Assembly (NCBI GenBank): GCA_016938675.1
Contig: JAFGUF010000001.1
Location: 134,249 to 198,248, forward strand
Length of the DNA: 64,000 nucleotides
From: Clostridia bacterium
GTDB taxonomy: Bacteria > Bacillota > Clostridia > Christensenellales > UMGS416
Reading direction: 5' to 3'
The translations under genes were made by a program, and so were the position numbers. The notes under the pieces were generated by a model, which searched no databases, was not told where the DNA came from, and was given only the letters and a program-made list of their open reading frames with translations. Below are positions 36,963 to 47,722 of the stretch, piece after piece (position 1 is the first letter of the stretch; each line of letters opens with the position of its first letter).

Positions 36963-37793
36963 ATCTATATCAAGAGATTGCTCATAGACTGAGCTCTTAG
37001 GCAGGCCTCTGTCTTTTGCGACAGCCTTTACAGCGTCCATTTTGCTCATTCCGCTATCAATATAGCTTCTGATATGCTCTTTAATGTCAACATTCATCCA
37101 GTCTTCTGTGCTTGCTTCTTCAGATTTATCTATTATAATTACATATTCGCCTCTGGCTCCGTTTTCATCTAAAAATAAACTGATTTTAGCAGGATTATCA
37201 ATGATTATTTTTTCATGCAGCTTTGTAAGTTCGTTTGCAAGGCATATTTTTCTGTCGGAAAATATATCATTTAGCAATTTGATTGTCTTTTGAAGCCTAT
37301 GAGGCGTTTCGTAGAGTATAATTGGCCTCTTCTCTGTTTCCAGAAAGTTGAGCCTTTCCTTTATCAGCTTAGATTCTTTCGGGAGAAATCCCTCAAAAAC
37401 AAACTGCGCACTATCGAAACCTGATAGCGCAAGCGCTGTAATAGCTGCGCACGCACCGGGAATGCACTCAATTGCGAATCCACTTTTTCTGGCGTCACGA
37501 ACCAGCTCGTACCCAGGGTCGCTGATGCATGGCATTCCGGCATCTGTAACAAGTGCGATATTTTTACCCTGCTCAAGAAGGCCGACTACTTTATCGCCTG
37601 CTTCACGCCTGTTATGGTGGTGATAGGATATCATCGGCGTTTTAATATCATAATAGTTAAGAAGCTTGATGGTGCGCCTTGTATCCTCAGCGGCTATTAT
37701 ATCCACCGACTTCAGTGTATCAATTGCGCGGAATGTTATATCAGCAAGGTTTCCTATTGGCGTTGCGACTATGTACAGTACTGCATTTTTCAT
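36957..37793 (-). CDS. rsmI: 16S rRNA (cytidine1402-2'-O)-methyltransferase RsmI
   Basis: 278 aa. Tetrapyrrole-methylase fold, LYIVATPIGNLADIT N-terminus, ISDPG motif. Confidence 0.92.
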   Translation of the reverse strand: MKNAVLYIVATPIGNLADITFRAIDTLKSVDIIAAEDTRRTIKLLNYYDIKTPMISYHHHNRREAGDKVVGLLEQGKNIALVTDAGMPCISDPGYELVRDARKSGFAIECIPGACAAITALALSGFDSAQFVFEGFLPKESKLIKERLNFLETEKRPIILYETPHRLQKTIKLLNDIFSDRKICLANELTKLHEKIIIDNPAKISLFLDENGARGEYVIIIDKSEEASTEDWMNVDIKEHIRSYIDSGMSKMDAVKAVAKDRGLPKSSVYEQSLDIDL

Positions 37794-38563
37794 TTATTTA
37801 TGTCCATATTATATATTTTGTATACATCGTCCATGTAGCTGTTATTTTCATCATATACTATAAGAGGCGGCTCAATGATCATGTTTGGCTTTGCGTTTTT
37901 TATACCCTCTATTAGAAAGATGTTTGCGTTATTATTAATTTTGCTGTGGATGAACCTGCACCGCTTCGGCTCAATACGGTGTTCTTTCATTGTTTCAATT
38001 ACATCAGACAGCCTTTCAGCCCTGTGGGACATCACTAACTTTCCGGAATATTTTAAAAGCTTGGCAGAGGATGAAATAATATCTGCAAGTGTGCCGTTGA
38101 TTTCAAACCTTGCAATTTTTCTTGCTTCGCTGTCGCTCTCTTTCCCCGTATTTATGGGAAGGTAGGGCGGGTTGCAGATTATTGTATCGTATTTAGATAT
38201 GCCGAGTTTTTCCGGAGCGTCGCGCAGGTCCATGTTATAAGGGAAAACTTTTTCTTCAAGGTCATTGTACTTAACTGAACGCCTGCACATATCGAATAAT
38301 TCGCTTTGTATTTCAACACAGTCAATTCTCGCAGTTTTGTAATGTGCACTAATAAGCAGGGCAACAACGCCCGTCCCTGAGCACATATCCATAACAATAT
38401 CTTTGGGTTTGTATGATGCAAAGTGACTCAATAGCACAGAATCGGTTGAAAACTTAAAAAAATCGCTGCTTTGTATAATTTTAAAACCCTTTGCCTGCAG
38501 GTCATCTAAAGTTTCATTACTTTTTAATTCGATATTTTCTTTCAAATTGTGTACTGCCTTCAT
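37790..38563 (-). CDS. tRNA (adenine37-N6)-methyltransferase TrmN6/YfiC-like
   Basis: 257 aa. SAM-binding DMCSGTGV and catalytic NPPY (ICNPPYL). Overlaps the rsmI start by 4 nt. Confidence 0.8.
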   Translation of the reverse strand: MKAVHNLKENIELKSNETLDDLQAKGFKIIQSSDFFKFSTDSVLLSHFASYKPKDIVMDMCSGTGVVALLISAHYKTARIDCVEIQSELFDMCRRSVKYNDLEEKVFPYNMDLRDAPEKLGISKYDTIICNPPYLPINTGKESDSEARKIARFEINGTLADIISSSAKLLKYSGKLVMSHRAERLSDVIETMKEHRIEPKRCRFIHSKINNNANIFLIEGIKNAKPNMIIEPPLIVYDENNSYMDDVYKIYNMDINK

Positions 38564-38695
38564 TTAATCAATATATTATATATTATGCAGCAAAGTTTAT
38601 CAACGAGCGGGACGCTGAAAATGGAGGTAAAATCTTGTATGTTTGGATTGAATACTGTATAATTAATTGAAATATTCAAGGTAAAAAAGGAAGAA

Positions 38696-40048
38696 ATGAA
38701 TTATATAGAAAAACTTATTGATATATCAGAAGGCCTTACTTACTCTGTTAAGACTTACGGATGCCAGATGAACGTAAATGATTCTATGAAGATAATGGCT
38801 GTTATGAATGAGTGCGGTTTTCATTACACAGAATCAGTCTACGAAAGCAATATTGCAATAATAAACACCTGCTGTGTTCGCGAAAACGCCGAAAATAAAG
38901 TCCACGGACTGGTTGGAAACATAAAAAAACTTAAGGAAAGCGGCCGTAACAAGGCGCTTATTGTGCTGGGATGCATGATGCAGCAGGAAGGCTACGCAGA
39001 GGAGTTTATGTCGCGCTATTCGCAGGTAGATGCTGCGCTTGGAACCTCAGACAGCGCTAAACTGCCGGAAACTATATATAAGATTCTGACCAATTCTGAA
39101 AGAGCTGCGGATTTATCAAGTGCTACAAAAGAAATTGATGAAAATGCAAGGCCGTTTCGTCATTACAGAATCAGTGAATTCGTCACCATTATGACAGGAT
39201 GCAACAATTTCTGCACATACTGTGTTGTTCCATATGTTCGGGGCAGAGAAAGAAGCAGAGAACCCAAAGACATAATCTATGAAATAAATGAGCTCACCGC
39301 ACACGGAACAAGAGAAATTGTACTGCTTGGGCAGAATGTGAATTCATATGGAAAAGGCTTTGATGAAAAACTTGATTTTTCAGATTTGATACAGAAGATA
39401 TCGGATGAAACTGATGTTAAAAGAATCCGTTATATGACATCCCATCCAAAGGATTTGTCGCCTAAACTCATTGACACAATAGCCGAAAACCCACTAGTAT
39501 GCAAGCATATACATCTTCCCGTGCAATCAGGAAGCACTAAGATACTTAAGCAGATGAACAGGGGATACACAAAGGATGATTACTTAAAGCTCTGTGATAA
39601 CCTAAAAAGTAAAGTCGGCGATATAATCTTGAGCACAGATATTATAGTGGGATTTCCCGGCGAAACAGATGAGGACTTCAAGGATACGCTAGATGTCGTC
39701 AGCAGAGTGCAATATGGGTCTGCTTTTATGTTCAAGTATTCCATAAGAACCGGCACAAAAGCGGCCAGTATGGCTGATCAGGTTGATGAGGACATTAAAT
39801 CAGACAGGCTGCAGCAGCTTCTGACATTGCAGGAAAAATATACGAAGAAAACTGCTGAAAGGTATCTTGATAAAACGGTTGAAGTGCTTGTTGAAAGCAC
39901 GCATACAGAGCACAGAAACGTAGTCGGAAAGACATCACAGAATCTCTCTGTTGCGCTGGAATCAGAATGTCAGGTTCAAGCAGGCGATTTATTAAACGTT
40001 AAAATCAACGAAATTAAAACTCATACATTGATTGGCAAGATTATATAG
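38696..40048 (+). CDS. miaB: tRNA-2-methylthio-N6-dimethylallyladenosine synthase MiaB
   Basis: 450 aa. UPF0004 N-domain (TYGCQMN), radical-SAM CNNFCTYC, and a TRAM C-terminus. Confidence 0.93.
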   Translation: MNYIEKLIDISEGLTYSVKTYGCQMNVNDSMKIMAVMNECGFHYTESVYESNIAIINTCCVRENAENKVHGLVGNIKKLKESGRNKALIVLGCMMQQEGYAEEFMSRYSQVDAALGTSDSAKLPETIYKILTNSERAADLSSATKEIDENARPFRHYRISEFVTIMTGCNNFCTYCVVPYVRGRERSREPKDIIYEINELTAHGTREIVLLGQNVNSYGKGFDEKLDFSDLIQKISDETDVKRIRYMTSHPKDLSPKLIDTIAENPLVCKHIHLPVQSGSTKILKQMNRGYTKDDYLKLCDNLKSKVGDIILSTDIIVGFPGETDEDFKDTLDVVSRVQYGSAFMFKYSIRTGTKAASMADQVDEDIKSDRLQQLLTLQEKYTKKTAERYLDKTVEVLVESTHTEHRNVVGKTSQNLSVALESECQVQAGDLLNVKINEIKTHTLIGKII

Positions 40049-40064
40049 AACGGCAAGGGGAATT

Positions 40065-42686
40065 ATGAGCAAACTTTCACCAATGATGACACAATATATG
40101 AAGCTAAAAGAGCAGCATCAGGACTGTATGCTGTTTTTCAGGCTGGGTGATTTTTACGAGCTTTTCTTTGATGATGCAATACTTGCATCAAAGGAGCTTG
40201 ACCTGACATTGACAGGTAGAGACTGCGGGCTAAAAGAGCGTGCACCGATGTGCGGAGTGCCTTATCATGCTGTAAACATATATATAAAAAAGCTGATTAA
40301 AAAAGGCTACAAGGTGGCAATATGCGAGCAGACTACGCTGCCTGAAAAAGGCGTTAAGCTGGTTGAAAGAGAAGTAATAAGAATAGTTACTCCGGGAACA
40401 ATCATAGAAGAAGACCTTTTAAATGAAAGTGAAAACAACTATATTATGTCCTTAGTATACGAAAATGGTGAAATAGGATTTGCATACGCTGACGTATCAA
40501 CAGGACACTTTTATATTGGAACCTCTCTGAAAGACAACCTTTTAACCGGGCTTACAGATGAGCTTTCGCGCCTTAACCCTGCAGAAATTATAATAAACGA
40601 CGATTTTAACGATTTCTTAAACGAATATCCAGTGCTAGCGAAGCAATACAGCTTCAGCATAGACGCAGCCATTAAAGAATATTACAGCGCAGAATATTCA
40701 GGTGCGCTTGTTAGAAAGCATTTTCAGGGCAATGAGACCATGCTGGAGTCTGTAGAAAGCTCCTCAATGGCAGCTTCCGGTGCTTTAATAAAGTATCTTT
40801 CAAATACTCAAAAAAATGCTTTGCTGCAGCTCAATAAAGTCTCCATTTACAAGCCGTCTAAATTCATGAAAATAGATACATTTACAAGAAACAGCCTTGA
40901 GCTGACCAAAACCATTAGAGATTCTCGCAAAAAAGGATCGCTGCTTTGGGTAATAGATAAAACATCAACGTCACTGGGAAGCCGCAAAATAAGGCAGTGG
41001 CTTGAGCAGCCTCTATTGGACAAAGACCAGATAGAAAACAGGCTGAGCGCTGTAGAATATCTAAAAAAAGACCCAATGCTCATGGAGAACATAAAAGAGC
41101 AGCTGAAATACATTAAGGACATTCAAAGACTTTCAACTAAAATTGCCTACGCTAGCATAAACCCGAGAGAATGCCTGATGCTAAAGACTTCTCTCCAAGT
41201 ACTGCCAGAATTAAAAAAATTAATAGATAGAAGCAAAACTTCGCTGCTTAATGAGTGTTTTGATAATATTGATACCCTTAATGATGTGTACGATTTGCTG
41301 GATGCCTCAATTCAGGATAACCCTCCGACTGCAATAAAGGACGGCGGCGTAATAAAAAGCACCTATAATGAGGTGCTGTCAGAGTTGCTGGACATAATGG
41401 AAAACGGGCAGGGAATAATTGAAAACATAGAAAAAGCTGAGAGAGAACAGACTGGAATAAAAACACTTAAGATTAAGTATAACAGAGTTTTTGGCTATTT
41501 TATAGAAGTCACAAGGTCCAATCTTGATCTTGTACCGTACAGGTACATAAGGAAGCAAACCCTTGCCAACAATGAAAGATACATTACAGAGGAGCTGAAG
41601 GAATTAGAAGACAAGATACTTGGAGCAAAGGAAAAAAGTGTATCACTGGAGCAGGATATTTTCAGCGACATAAAGAACGCTCTTAAAACGCAAATAAGAA
41701 GGCTGCAAAAATCAGCAGAATATATCTCCATTGTCGACACATTGGTCTCTCTTGCGACGGTAGCCAATGAGAACGGATACTGCAAGCCTGAAATAAACAC
41801 AGACGGAATTATAGACATAAAGAGCGGACGCCACCCGGTTGTTGAGGCTGCATCAAATATTAATTCGTTTGTCCCCAATAATTCGTATCTGGACATGGCT
41901 GCCGATCGCTTCATAATAATAACCGGGCCTAATATGTCGGGCAAATCAACATATTTAAGGCAGGTTGCACTGATTAACATATTGGCGCAGATAGGCAGCT
42001 TTGTACCCGCAATAAGCGCAAGCCTGCCTATAACCGACAGGGTGTTTTCACGGGTAGGGGCATCGGATGATTTATTCCTTGGCCAGTCAACTTTTATGGT
42101 CGAGATGACCGAAGTTGCGCACATTCTTAAAAACGCAACGGAAAATTCTCTTATTATCCTTGACGAAATAGGCAGAGGCACATCTACCTTTGATGGGCTT
42201 AGCATCGCTTGGAGCGTAACAGAATATATCTGCGACAGAAAGAAAATCGGCGCTAAGGCCTTGTTTGCAACGCACTATCATCAGCTAAGCGAACTGGAAG
42301 GCAAAATTGAAGGCCTAAAAAACTACAGTGTTGCCGTAAAAGAATATAAAAATGAAATTATTTTCATGCGGAAGATTATAAAAGGCGGCTCTGATAAAAG
42401 CTTCGGCCTGCACGTTGCAATGCTTGCAGGTATCCCGCAGCTTGTCATTGAAAGAGGCGAGTCCATACTCAAGCAGCTTGAGGCTGCTGACATTAATAAT
42501 GTTTCAATCTACAATAATACGTTTAATGAAATATTAGAAGGCGATAAGCCTGAAACAAAGGAAAAGAAGGATCGAATTGAGGTCCTTAATAAATTGGCTG
42601 AAGAGATAAAGGAAGTTGACCTCACTGTCACTACGCCGATTGAAGCATTTATGCTTCTAAAGAAATATAAAGATAAACTGGGGTAG
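40065..42686 (+). CDS. mutS: DNA mismatch repair protein MutS
   Basis: About 873 aa. TPMMxQY-type N-terminus (SPMMTQYMKLK), Walker A GPNMSGKST, and DEIGRGTST. ATG at 40065. Confidence 0.97.
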   Translation: MSKLSPMMTQYMKLKEQHQDCMLFFRLGDFYELFFDDAILASKELDLTLTGRDCGLKERAPMCGVPYHAVNIYIKKLIKKGYKVAICEQTTLPEKGVKLVEREVIRIVTPGTIIEEDLLNESENNYIMSLVYENGEIGFAYADVSTGHFYIGTSLKDNLLTGLTDELSRLNPAEIIINDDFNDFLNEYPVLAKQYSFSIDAAIKEYYSAEYSGALVRKHFQGNETMLESVESSSMAASGALIKYLSNTQKNALLQLNKVSIYKPSKFMKIDTFTRNSLELTKTIRDSRKKGSLLWVIDKTSTSLGSRKIRQWLEQPLLDKDQIENRLSAVEYLKKDPMLMENIKEQLKYIKDIQRLSTKIAYASINPRECLMLKTSLQVLPELKKLIDRSKTSLLNECFDNIDTLNDVYDLLDASIQDNPPTAIKDGGVIKSTYNEVLSELLDIMENGQGIIENIEKAEREQTGIKTLKIKYNRVFGYFIEVTRSNLDLVPYRYIRKQTLANNERYITEELKELEDKILGAKEKSVSLEQDIFSDIKNALKTQIRRLQKSAEYISIVDTLVSLATVANENGYCKPEINTDGIIDIKSGRHPVVEAASNINSFVPNNSYLDMAADRFIIITGPNMSGKSTYLRQVALINILAQIGSFVPAISASLPITDRVFSRVGASDDLFLGQSTFMVEMTEVAHILKNATENSLIILDEIGRGTSTFDGLSIAWSVTEYICDRKKIGAKALFATHYHQLSELEGKIEGLKNYSVAVKEYKNEIIFMRKIIKGGSDKSFGLHVAMLAGIPQLVIERGESILKQLEAADINNVSIYNNTFNEILEGDKPETKEKKDRIEVLNKLAEEIKEVDLTVTTPIEAFMLLKKYKDKLG

Positions 42687-42688
42687 AA

Positions 42689-44590
42689 ATGGCTGCTAGG
42701 AAGAAAATAAACATACTGGATGAATCCATCGCAAAGAAAATAGCTGCAGGAGAAATTGTAGAGAACCCGGCTTCTGTTGTTAAGGAGCTTATTGAGAACG
42801 CAATTGACGCGGATGCAAAAAATATAAGCATTGAAATAAAGGACGGCGGACGGGAATATATTTCGATATCTGACAACGGAACAGGAATTGCCGCGGATGA
42901 CACAAAGCTTGCTTTTATTCGCCATGCAACAAGCAAAATATCGTCACTTGACGACTTATACAATATCCACCAGATGGGCTTCCGAGGCGAAGCCCTATAC
43001 AGTATTTCGGCAGTATCTAAGGTAACTTTGATATCCAAGGCTGTTGATGAAGCCGTTGGCTCTCTTACTTCTGTTGAAGGCGGAGAAATAATAAAAAACC
43101 ACGAATACGGCTGCCCGGACGGAACAACAGTAATTGTAGAAGATTTATTTTTTAATACTCCTGCAAGAAAGAAATTTATGAAGAGTACTTCAGTTGAAAC
43201 ATCAAATATCAGCAATGTGATACAAAGATATATGCTTTCATACCCAGAAGTTTCCTTTAAATTTATAAACAATGATAAAGTAATCTATTTCACGAACGGC
43301 GACAGCAGCCTAAAGAATGCTTTATTCACTATCTATGGCAAAAATGCTGCTGAAAATATTGTTGAGTTCAGCACGATTGAATCATCAGGCATATCATTCA
43401 GCGGATGCCTCGGGAATAAAAACCTGCTTGGCAAGTCGCGCAATAACCAAACTGTCTTTATAAACAGGAGATATGTTAAGGATAAAAACATTACTGCAGC
43501 GCTTGAAGAGATGTATAGCTCAAACTTGATGAAAAACACATATCCGTTCTTCATAATCAATGTAAATATCAATCCATTACTCGTTGATGTAAATGTTCAC
43601 CCGCAGAAACTAAACGTAGTTTTCAGTAACCTGAGGCAGCTGCTCGATGAGCTCAACATGCAGCTTAAGCCATACTTTGATTTGATTAACGGTCAGGTTA
43701 TAAGCTTCGAAACTGAAAAAATAAAGACAACATCTAAAAATGCAGATGTATTTGATGCAGCGAATGGCATCCCGGATTTCAAGGACGCATCAAAAAGCCT
43801 GACAGAAAAGATAAATAAAGAAATCATTGAAGAACATATCGTAGATATCAATATACCGGAAGAAGAGAATGAATCCTTTGCTAATTTTGCATATAAGCTT
43901 AATGATTTCAACTACAAATCAGCCTTAGTCCTCGGTGAAGACAAGGCTCCGAGCAATGAACTAAGGCAAAGCAGCACGGCAGTAAGCGCGGATTATTCAC
44001 AGGCAGATTTCAAAAGATTAAGCAGGAGCTATACGGTTATCGGAACCGCCTTCAATGGATATCTATTTGTAGAGAGCGATGAAACCGTATATATATTTGA
44101 CCAGCACGCTGCTCATGAAAGACTGATATATGAAAAATATATGGAAACATTTAAAAACAAATCTGCTGTTACGCAGAATCTTCTGATTCCACAGACTATT
44201 GATTTGCCATATGATGATATTTTAATCGTAAACGAAAATATTGATTCATTTATCAAAGCCGGATATATCCTAGAGGTCAATGATTTGAGCGTTGATATAA
44301 CCGGCGTGCCAATTTTTTTAGGTCAGCCTCAGCTCACCGGATTTTTCAAGGAAATCTTGGCTAATATCAGAGATACTGCAAGCCATGAAGGCGACGCAGA
44401 AGAGAAGATAATCAGCATGTCCTGCAAAAAAGCGGTAAAAGCTGGTGACAGGCTGTCAGACAAGGAAATCAAGCAGCTTATTGATATGGTTATAGATGAA
44501 GAAATAAAGCTTACATGTCCGCACGGAAGGCCGTTTGTTTCAACTATTACAAAAAAGCAGATTGAAAAGCGGTTTGGCAGGATCGTATGA
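42689..44590 (+). CDS. mutL: DNA mismatch repair protein MutL
   Basis: 633 aa. GHKL ATPase N-terminus (IAAGEIVENPASVVKELIENAIDA) and a C-terminal endonuclease motif region. Confidence 0.96.
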   Translation: MAARKKINILDESIAKKIAAGEIVENPASVVKELIENAIDADAKNISIEIKDGGREYISISDNGTGIAADDTKLAFIRHATSKISSLDDLYNIHQMGFRGEALYSISAVSKVTLISKAVDEAVGSLTSVEGGEIIKNHEYGCPDGTTVIVEDLFFNTPARKKFMKSTSVETSNISNVIQRYMLSYPEVSFKFINNDKVIYFTNGDSSLKNALFTIYGKNAAENIVEFSTIESSGISFSGCLGNKNLLGKSRNNQTVFINRRYVKDKNITAALEEMYSSNLMKNTYPFFIINVNINPLLVDVNVHPQKLNVVFSNLRQLLDELNMQLKPYFDLINGQVISFETEKIKTTSKNADVFDAANGIPDFKDASKSLTEKINKEIIEEHIVDINIPEEENESFANFAYKLNDFNYKSALVLGEDKAPSNELRQSSTAVSADYSQADFKRLSRSYTVIGTAFNGYLFVESDETVYIFDQHAAHERLIYEKYMETFKNKSAVTQNLLIPQTIDLPYDDILIVNENIDSFIKAGYILEVNDLSVDITGVPIFLGQPQLTGFFKEILANIRDTASHEGDAEEKIISMSCKKAVKAGDRLSDKEIKQLIDMVIDEEIKLTCPHGRPFVSTITKKQIEKRFGRIV

Positions 44591-45528
44591 GCAACGGCAA
44601 TCTGATTGTAGTGCTTGGCCCTACAGCGAGCGGAAAAAGCGGCCTCGCAGTCGAAATAGCTGAAAAATATAACGGTGAGGTCGTCTCGTGCGATTCTATG
44701 CAGGTATATAAAGGACTATCCATCAGCACGGCGCAGCCTACAAAAGAAGAAATGAACGGTATTCCTCACCATCTGATCGGCTTTTTTGATATAACTACAA
44801 ATTTCAACGCCGGAGAATACCAGAATCTCGCGCGAGAAGCAATTGCGGACATACAAAACCGCGGTAAACTGCCAATATTATGCGGCGGTACCGGTCTTTA
44901 TATTGATTCAGTGATCTATAATATGGATCTTGCGAATGTGCCGGAAAACACTGAGATAAGAAGAAAATATTCCGAATACTTCAGTGAACATGGAGCGCAT
45001 GCGCTGCATGATATACTGGCAAATAAATCTCCTGAAATGGCAAATCGTATACACCAAAATAATGTTCAAAGAGTTATTAGAGCGCTGGAAGTATATGACA
45101 TGACAGGGTCTGAAAAAAAAGAATATTACAATAAGAATATGAAAAAATTCAGTTATGACAGACTGTTAATATTCGGCCTAAAGTGGGACAGGGCAGAGCT
45201 CTATGAACGGATTGACCGTCGCGTGGACATGATGATAGAAGCAGGATTAGTAAACGAAATAAAAACTGCGCGAGAAAATGGATTAAAAAGTACGAATACG
45301 GCTTATAAAGCAATAGGGTGCAAGGAATTATATAGATATTTTGACAACGAAATAAGCCTTCAGGATGCAATTAAACAAATAAAACAGTATTCAAGAAACT
45401 ACGCCAAGAGACAAATTACGTGGTTTAAGCGTATAGAGGAAATAAATTGGATAAATTGCATTGCTGAAACCGGTTACATGAGCGGAAAATCAGAAATCTT
45501 CACAAAGATAGAAAATATTTACTTTTAA
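44587..45528 (+). CDS. miaA: tRNA dimethylallyltransferase MiaA
   Basis: 313 aa. P-loop GPTASGKS, DSMQVYKG and HHL motifs. Confidence 0.95.
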   Translation: MSNGNLIVVLGPTASGKSGLAVEIAEKYNGEVVSCDSMQVYKGLSISTAQPTKEEMNGIPHHLIGFFDITTNFNAGEYQNLAREAIADIQNRGKLPILCGGTGLYIDSVIYNMDLANVPENTEIRRKYSEYFSEHGAHALHDILANKSPEMANRIHQNNVQRVIRALEVYDMTGSEKKEYYNKNMKKFSYDRLLIFGLKWDRAELYERIDRRVDMMIEAGLVNEIKTARENGLKSTNTAYKAIGCKELYRYFDNEISLQDAIKQIKQYSRNYAKRQITWFKRIEEINWINCIAETGYMSGKSEIFTKIENIYF

Positions 45529-45574
45529 TTTTTTACATTCTGATATATAATAAATATGTGTAAAGGAGATAGTT

Positions 45575-45811
45575 ATGAATAAAAGTTATTTAATTCAAGA
45601 TGCATTCTTGAATCAGGTACGAAAGCTTCACATGCAAGTAACAATTCATTTAACAAACGGCTATCAGTTAAAAGGCCAGGTTAAGGGGTTTGATAATTAT
45701 GTTGTTGTTTTTTCGTGCGATGGAAAACAAATGATGATTTATAAGCATGCCATTTCTTCTGTAACTCCAGCTGAACCCATCACATACACTACGGAGGAGC
45801 CCGAAGAGTAA
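45575..45811 (+). CDS. hfq: RNA chaperone Hfq
   Basis: 78 aa. Sm1/Sm2 motifs (IQDAFLN ... GFDNYVVV ... IYKHAIS). Confidence 0.95.
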   Translation: MNKSYLIQDAFLNQVRKLHMQVTIHLTNGYQLKGQVKGFDNYVVVFSCDGKQMMIYKHAISSVTPAEPITYTTEEPEE

Positions 45812-45812
45812 A

Positions 45813-47060
45813 TTGAGATTATCAAAAACTGAAGTCAATAATCTTGTATCTGGCGTTGAAATGAAATATGCCAGATACTTTGCTACTATTGATAAAATTG
45901 CACTTTATAACCAGAAGAAGGTGCTTGAAGCTTTCCAGAAAGCCAGAGTTGAAAGCAGGCATTTTTCCGGTAGCACAGGCTATGGATATGGTGATGAAGG
46001 CAGATACAAATTGGAGGAGGTTTTCACAGCAGTTTTCGGCAGTGAGGCCTCTTTAGTGCGTAGCCAGTTCGGCAGCGCAACCCACGCAATTGTAATGAGC
46101 CTCAGAGCGCTGCTTAAGCCCGGCGATACACTATTTTCAATAACAGGACAGCCCTATGATACCGTATATAATTCAATAAAAAGTAAAGGGCAGGGGAGTG
46201 CGCTCGAAGATTACGGCGTAAAATATGATGACATTAATTTACTTGATGACAAAGACATAAATTATGCCGGAATAGAGAAATACCTTCAGTCTAATCGTCC
46301 AAAAGTTATTTTTATACAGAAATCACGAGGCTATATGTGGCGTGAAGCACTGATCAATACAGAAATTGAAAAAGTTATTAAATTAATCAGGTTAGTTTCA
46401 CCCAATTCTATTGTTTTTATTGATAATTGCTATGGTGAGTTTGTCGAAGAGTCTGAGCCGTGTGAAATAGGCGCAGATGTATGCATCGGTTCATTAATAA
46501 AAAATCCCGGCGGGTCAATTGCTCCTACAGGAGCCTATATAACAGGCAAAAAGCAGTATATTGATGAAATTTCTTCCTTTTTTTATGCAGTCAATCTAAA
46601 TGATGAAATCGGATCATATGAGCAGGGATACAGGCTGCTTTTTCAGGGTCTTTTTATGGCTCCGCATATTGTAGCGCAGTCAATGAAGTGCGCGCTGCTT
46701 TTTTCTGCAGTATATAAAGAGCTGGGGTATGATGTAATGCCTGCTCCGGAATCTGTGCGCGGCGATATCACCCAAAGCATGAGGCTTGCAAGCAAAGAAG
46801 AATTATTAAGTTTTTGCCGTAAAATACAGAAGGCATCTCCCGTTGACTCGCACCTTGTGCCTGAGCCTTGGGAAATGCCAGGATATTCTGATAAAGTTAT
46901 TATGGCCGCAGGGACATTTGTTCAGGGAGCCTCTATTGAGCTCTCAGCTGACGCTCCTGTCGGAAATGAACCTCCATATATGGTCTACCTGCAGGGCGGA
47001 ATAACATATGAGCACTGTAAAATAGCGCTTATTAATACATTAACGGATGCGTCTGAATAG
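45813..47060 (+). CDS. Methionine gamma-lyase / cystathionine beta-lyase family protein (YnbB, 'aluminium resistance' COG4100 type)
   Basis: 415 aa. ALYNQKKVLEAFQ...HFSGSTGYGYGDEGR N-terminus characteristic of the family. TTG start at 45813. Confidence 0.8.
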   Translation: MRLSKTEVNNLVSGVEMKYARYFATIDKIALYNQKKVLEAFQKARVESRHFSGSTGYGYGDEGRYKLEEVFTAVFGSEASLVRSQFGSATHAIVMSLRALLKPGDTLFSITGQPYDTVYNSIKSKGQGSALEDYGVKYDDINLLDDKDINYAGIEKYLQSNRPKVIFIQKSRGYMWREALINTEIEKVIKLIRLVSPNSIVFIDNCYGEFVEESEPCEIGADVCIGSLIKNPGGSIAPTGAYITGKKQYIDEISSFFYAVNLNDEIGSYEQGYRLLFQGLFMAPHIVAQSMKCALLFSAVYKELGYDVMPAPESVRGDITQSMRLASKEELLSFCRKIQKASPVDSHLVPEPWEMPGYSDKVIMAAGTFVQGASIELSADAPVGNEPPYMVYLQGGITYEHCKIALINTLTDASE

Positions 47061-47666
47061 TGCTGTAACCTTTCCTAATATCTGAACTTCCTCTGCCGGA
47101 TATATAAGCGGATCCATTGTTTCATTTTCCGGCTGAAGCCGCACGTTTTTACCCTCCAGATAAAATGTTTTTACCGTTGCTTCATCATCGCCAATCAAGG
47201 CAACAACAATATCGCCGTCAAATGCGTAATTCTGCCGTTTAATTACTATGAAATCGCCATCGTTTATTCCGACTTCTATCATGCTTTCGCCACGCACCTT
47301 TAGCGCGAAAGAATCTTCATCAGCTACAATGTATTTTGGCATTGGAAGGTATTCATGTATATTTTCATCGGCAAATATCGGCATTCCGGCTGTAACCGTT
47401 CCTAAAAGCGGAACTGTAAGCGATCTGTTTCTGGCCTGCCTGTCTGCATCATCAATCTCAATTGCTCTTGATTTTCCGCTGCCGCGCCTAATGAAGCCTT
47501 TGTTTTCAAGCCTTGTAAGGTGTCCATGAACTGTAGAGGTGGATGTCAATCCGACTTCATTGCAAATATCCCTTACAGATGGCGGATAATTATGCTCTTC
47601 GACATAATCTTTAAGGTACACATAGATTTTCCGCTGCATTCCCGTTAATTCGTTTATATCTTTCAT
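47040..47666 (-). CDS. lexA: SOS repressor LexA
   Basis: 208 aa. Winged-HTH N-terminus and an S24 peptidase domain with the Ala-Gly cleavage region (VTAGMP), catalytic Ser (GESM) and Lys. Confidence 0.96.
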   Translation of the reverse strand: MKDINELTGMQRKIYVYLKDYVEEHNYPPSVRDICNEVGLTSTSTVHGHLTRLENKGFIRRGSGKSRAIEIDDADRQARNRSLTVPLLGTVTAGMPIFADENIHEYLPMPKYIVADEDSFALKVRGESMIEVGINDGDFIVIKRQNYAFDGDIVVALIGDDEATVKTFYLEGKNVRLQPENETMDPLIYPAEEVQILGKVTALFRRIR

Positions 47667-47722
47667 AAATAAAGCTCCTGTAAATGTATTAACTACATAA
47701 TAGCACTGTCATGCGAGAATGT

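Noticed and set aside
38628-38669. A 13-codon ORF (MEVKSCMFGLNTV) upstream of miaB.
   Set aside because: It overlaps the predicted miaB promoter (TTGTAT-17-TATAAT). It has no terminator or alternative-structure context. It is probably fortuitous.
41495-43272. Long antisense ORFs inside mutS/mutL (236 aa and 207 aa), with similar ones inside dxs, purA, tlyA and recN.
   Set aside because: They lie entirely within strongly supported genes on the opposite strand. They have Ser/Ile/Phe-rich low-complexity translations typical of shadow frames in AT-rich genomes.
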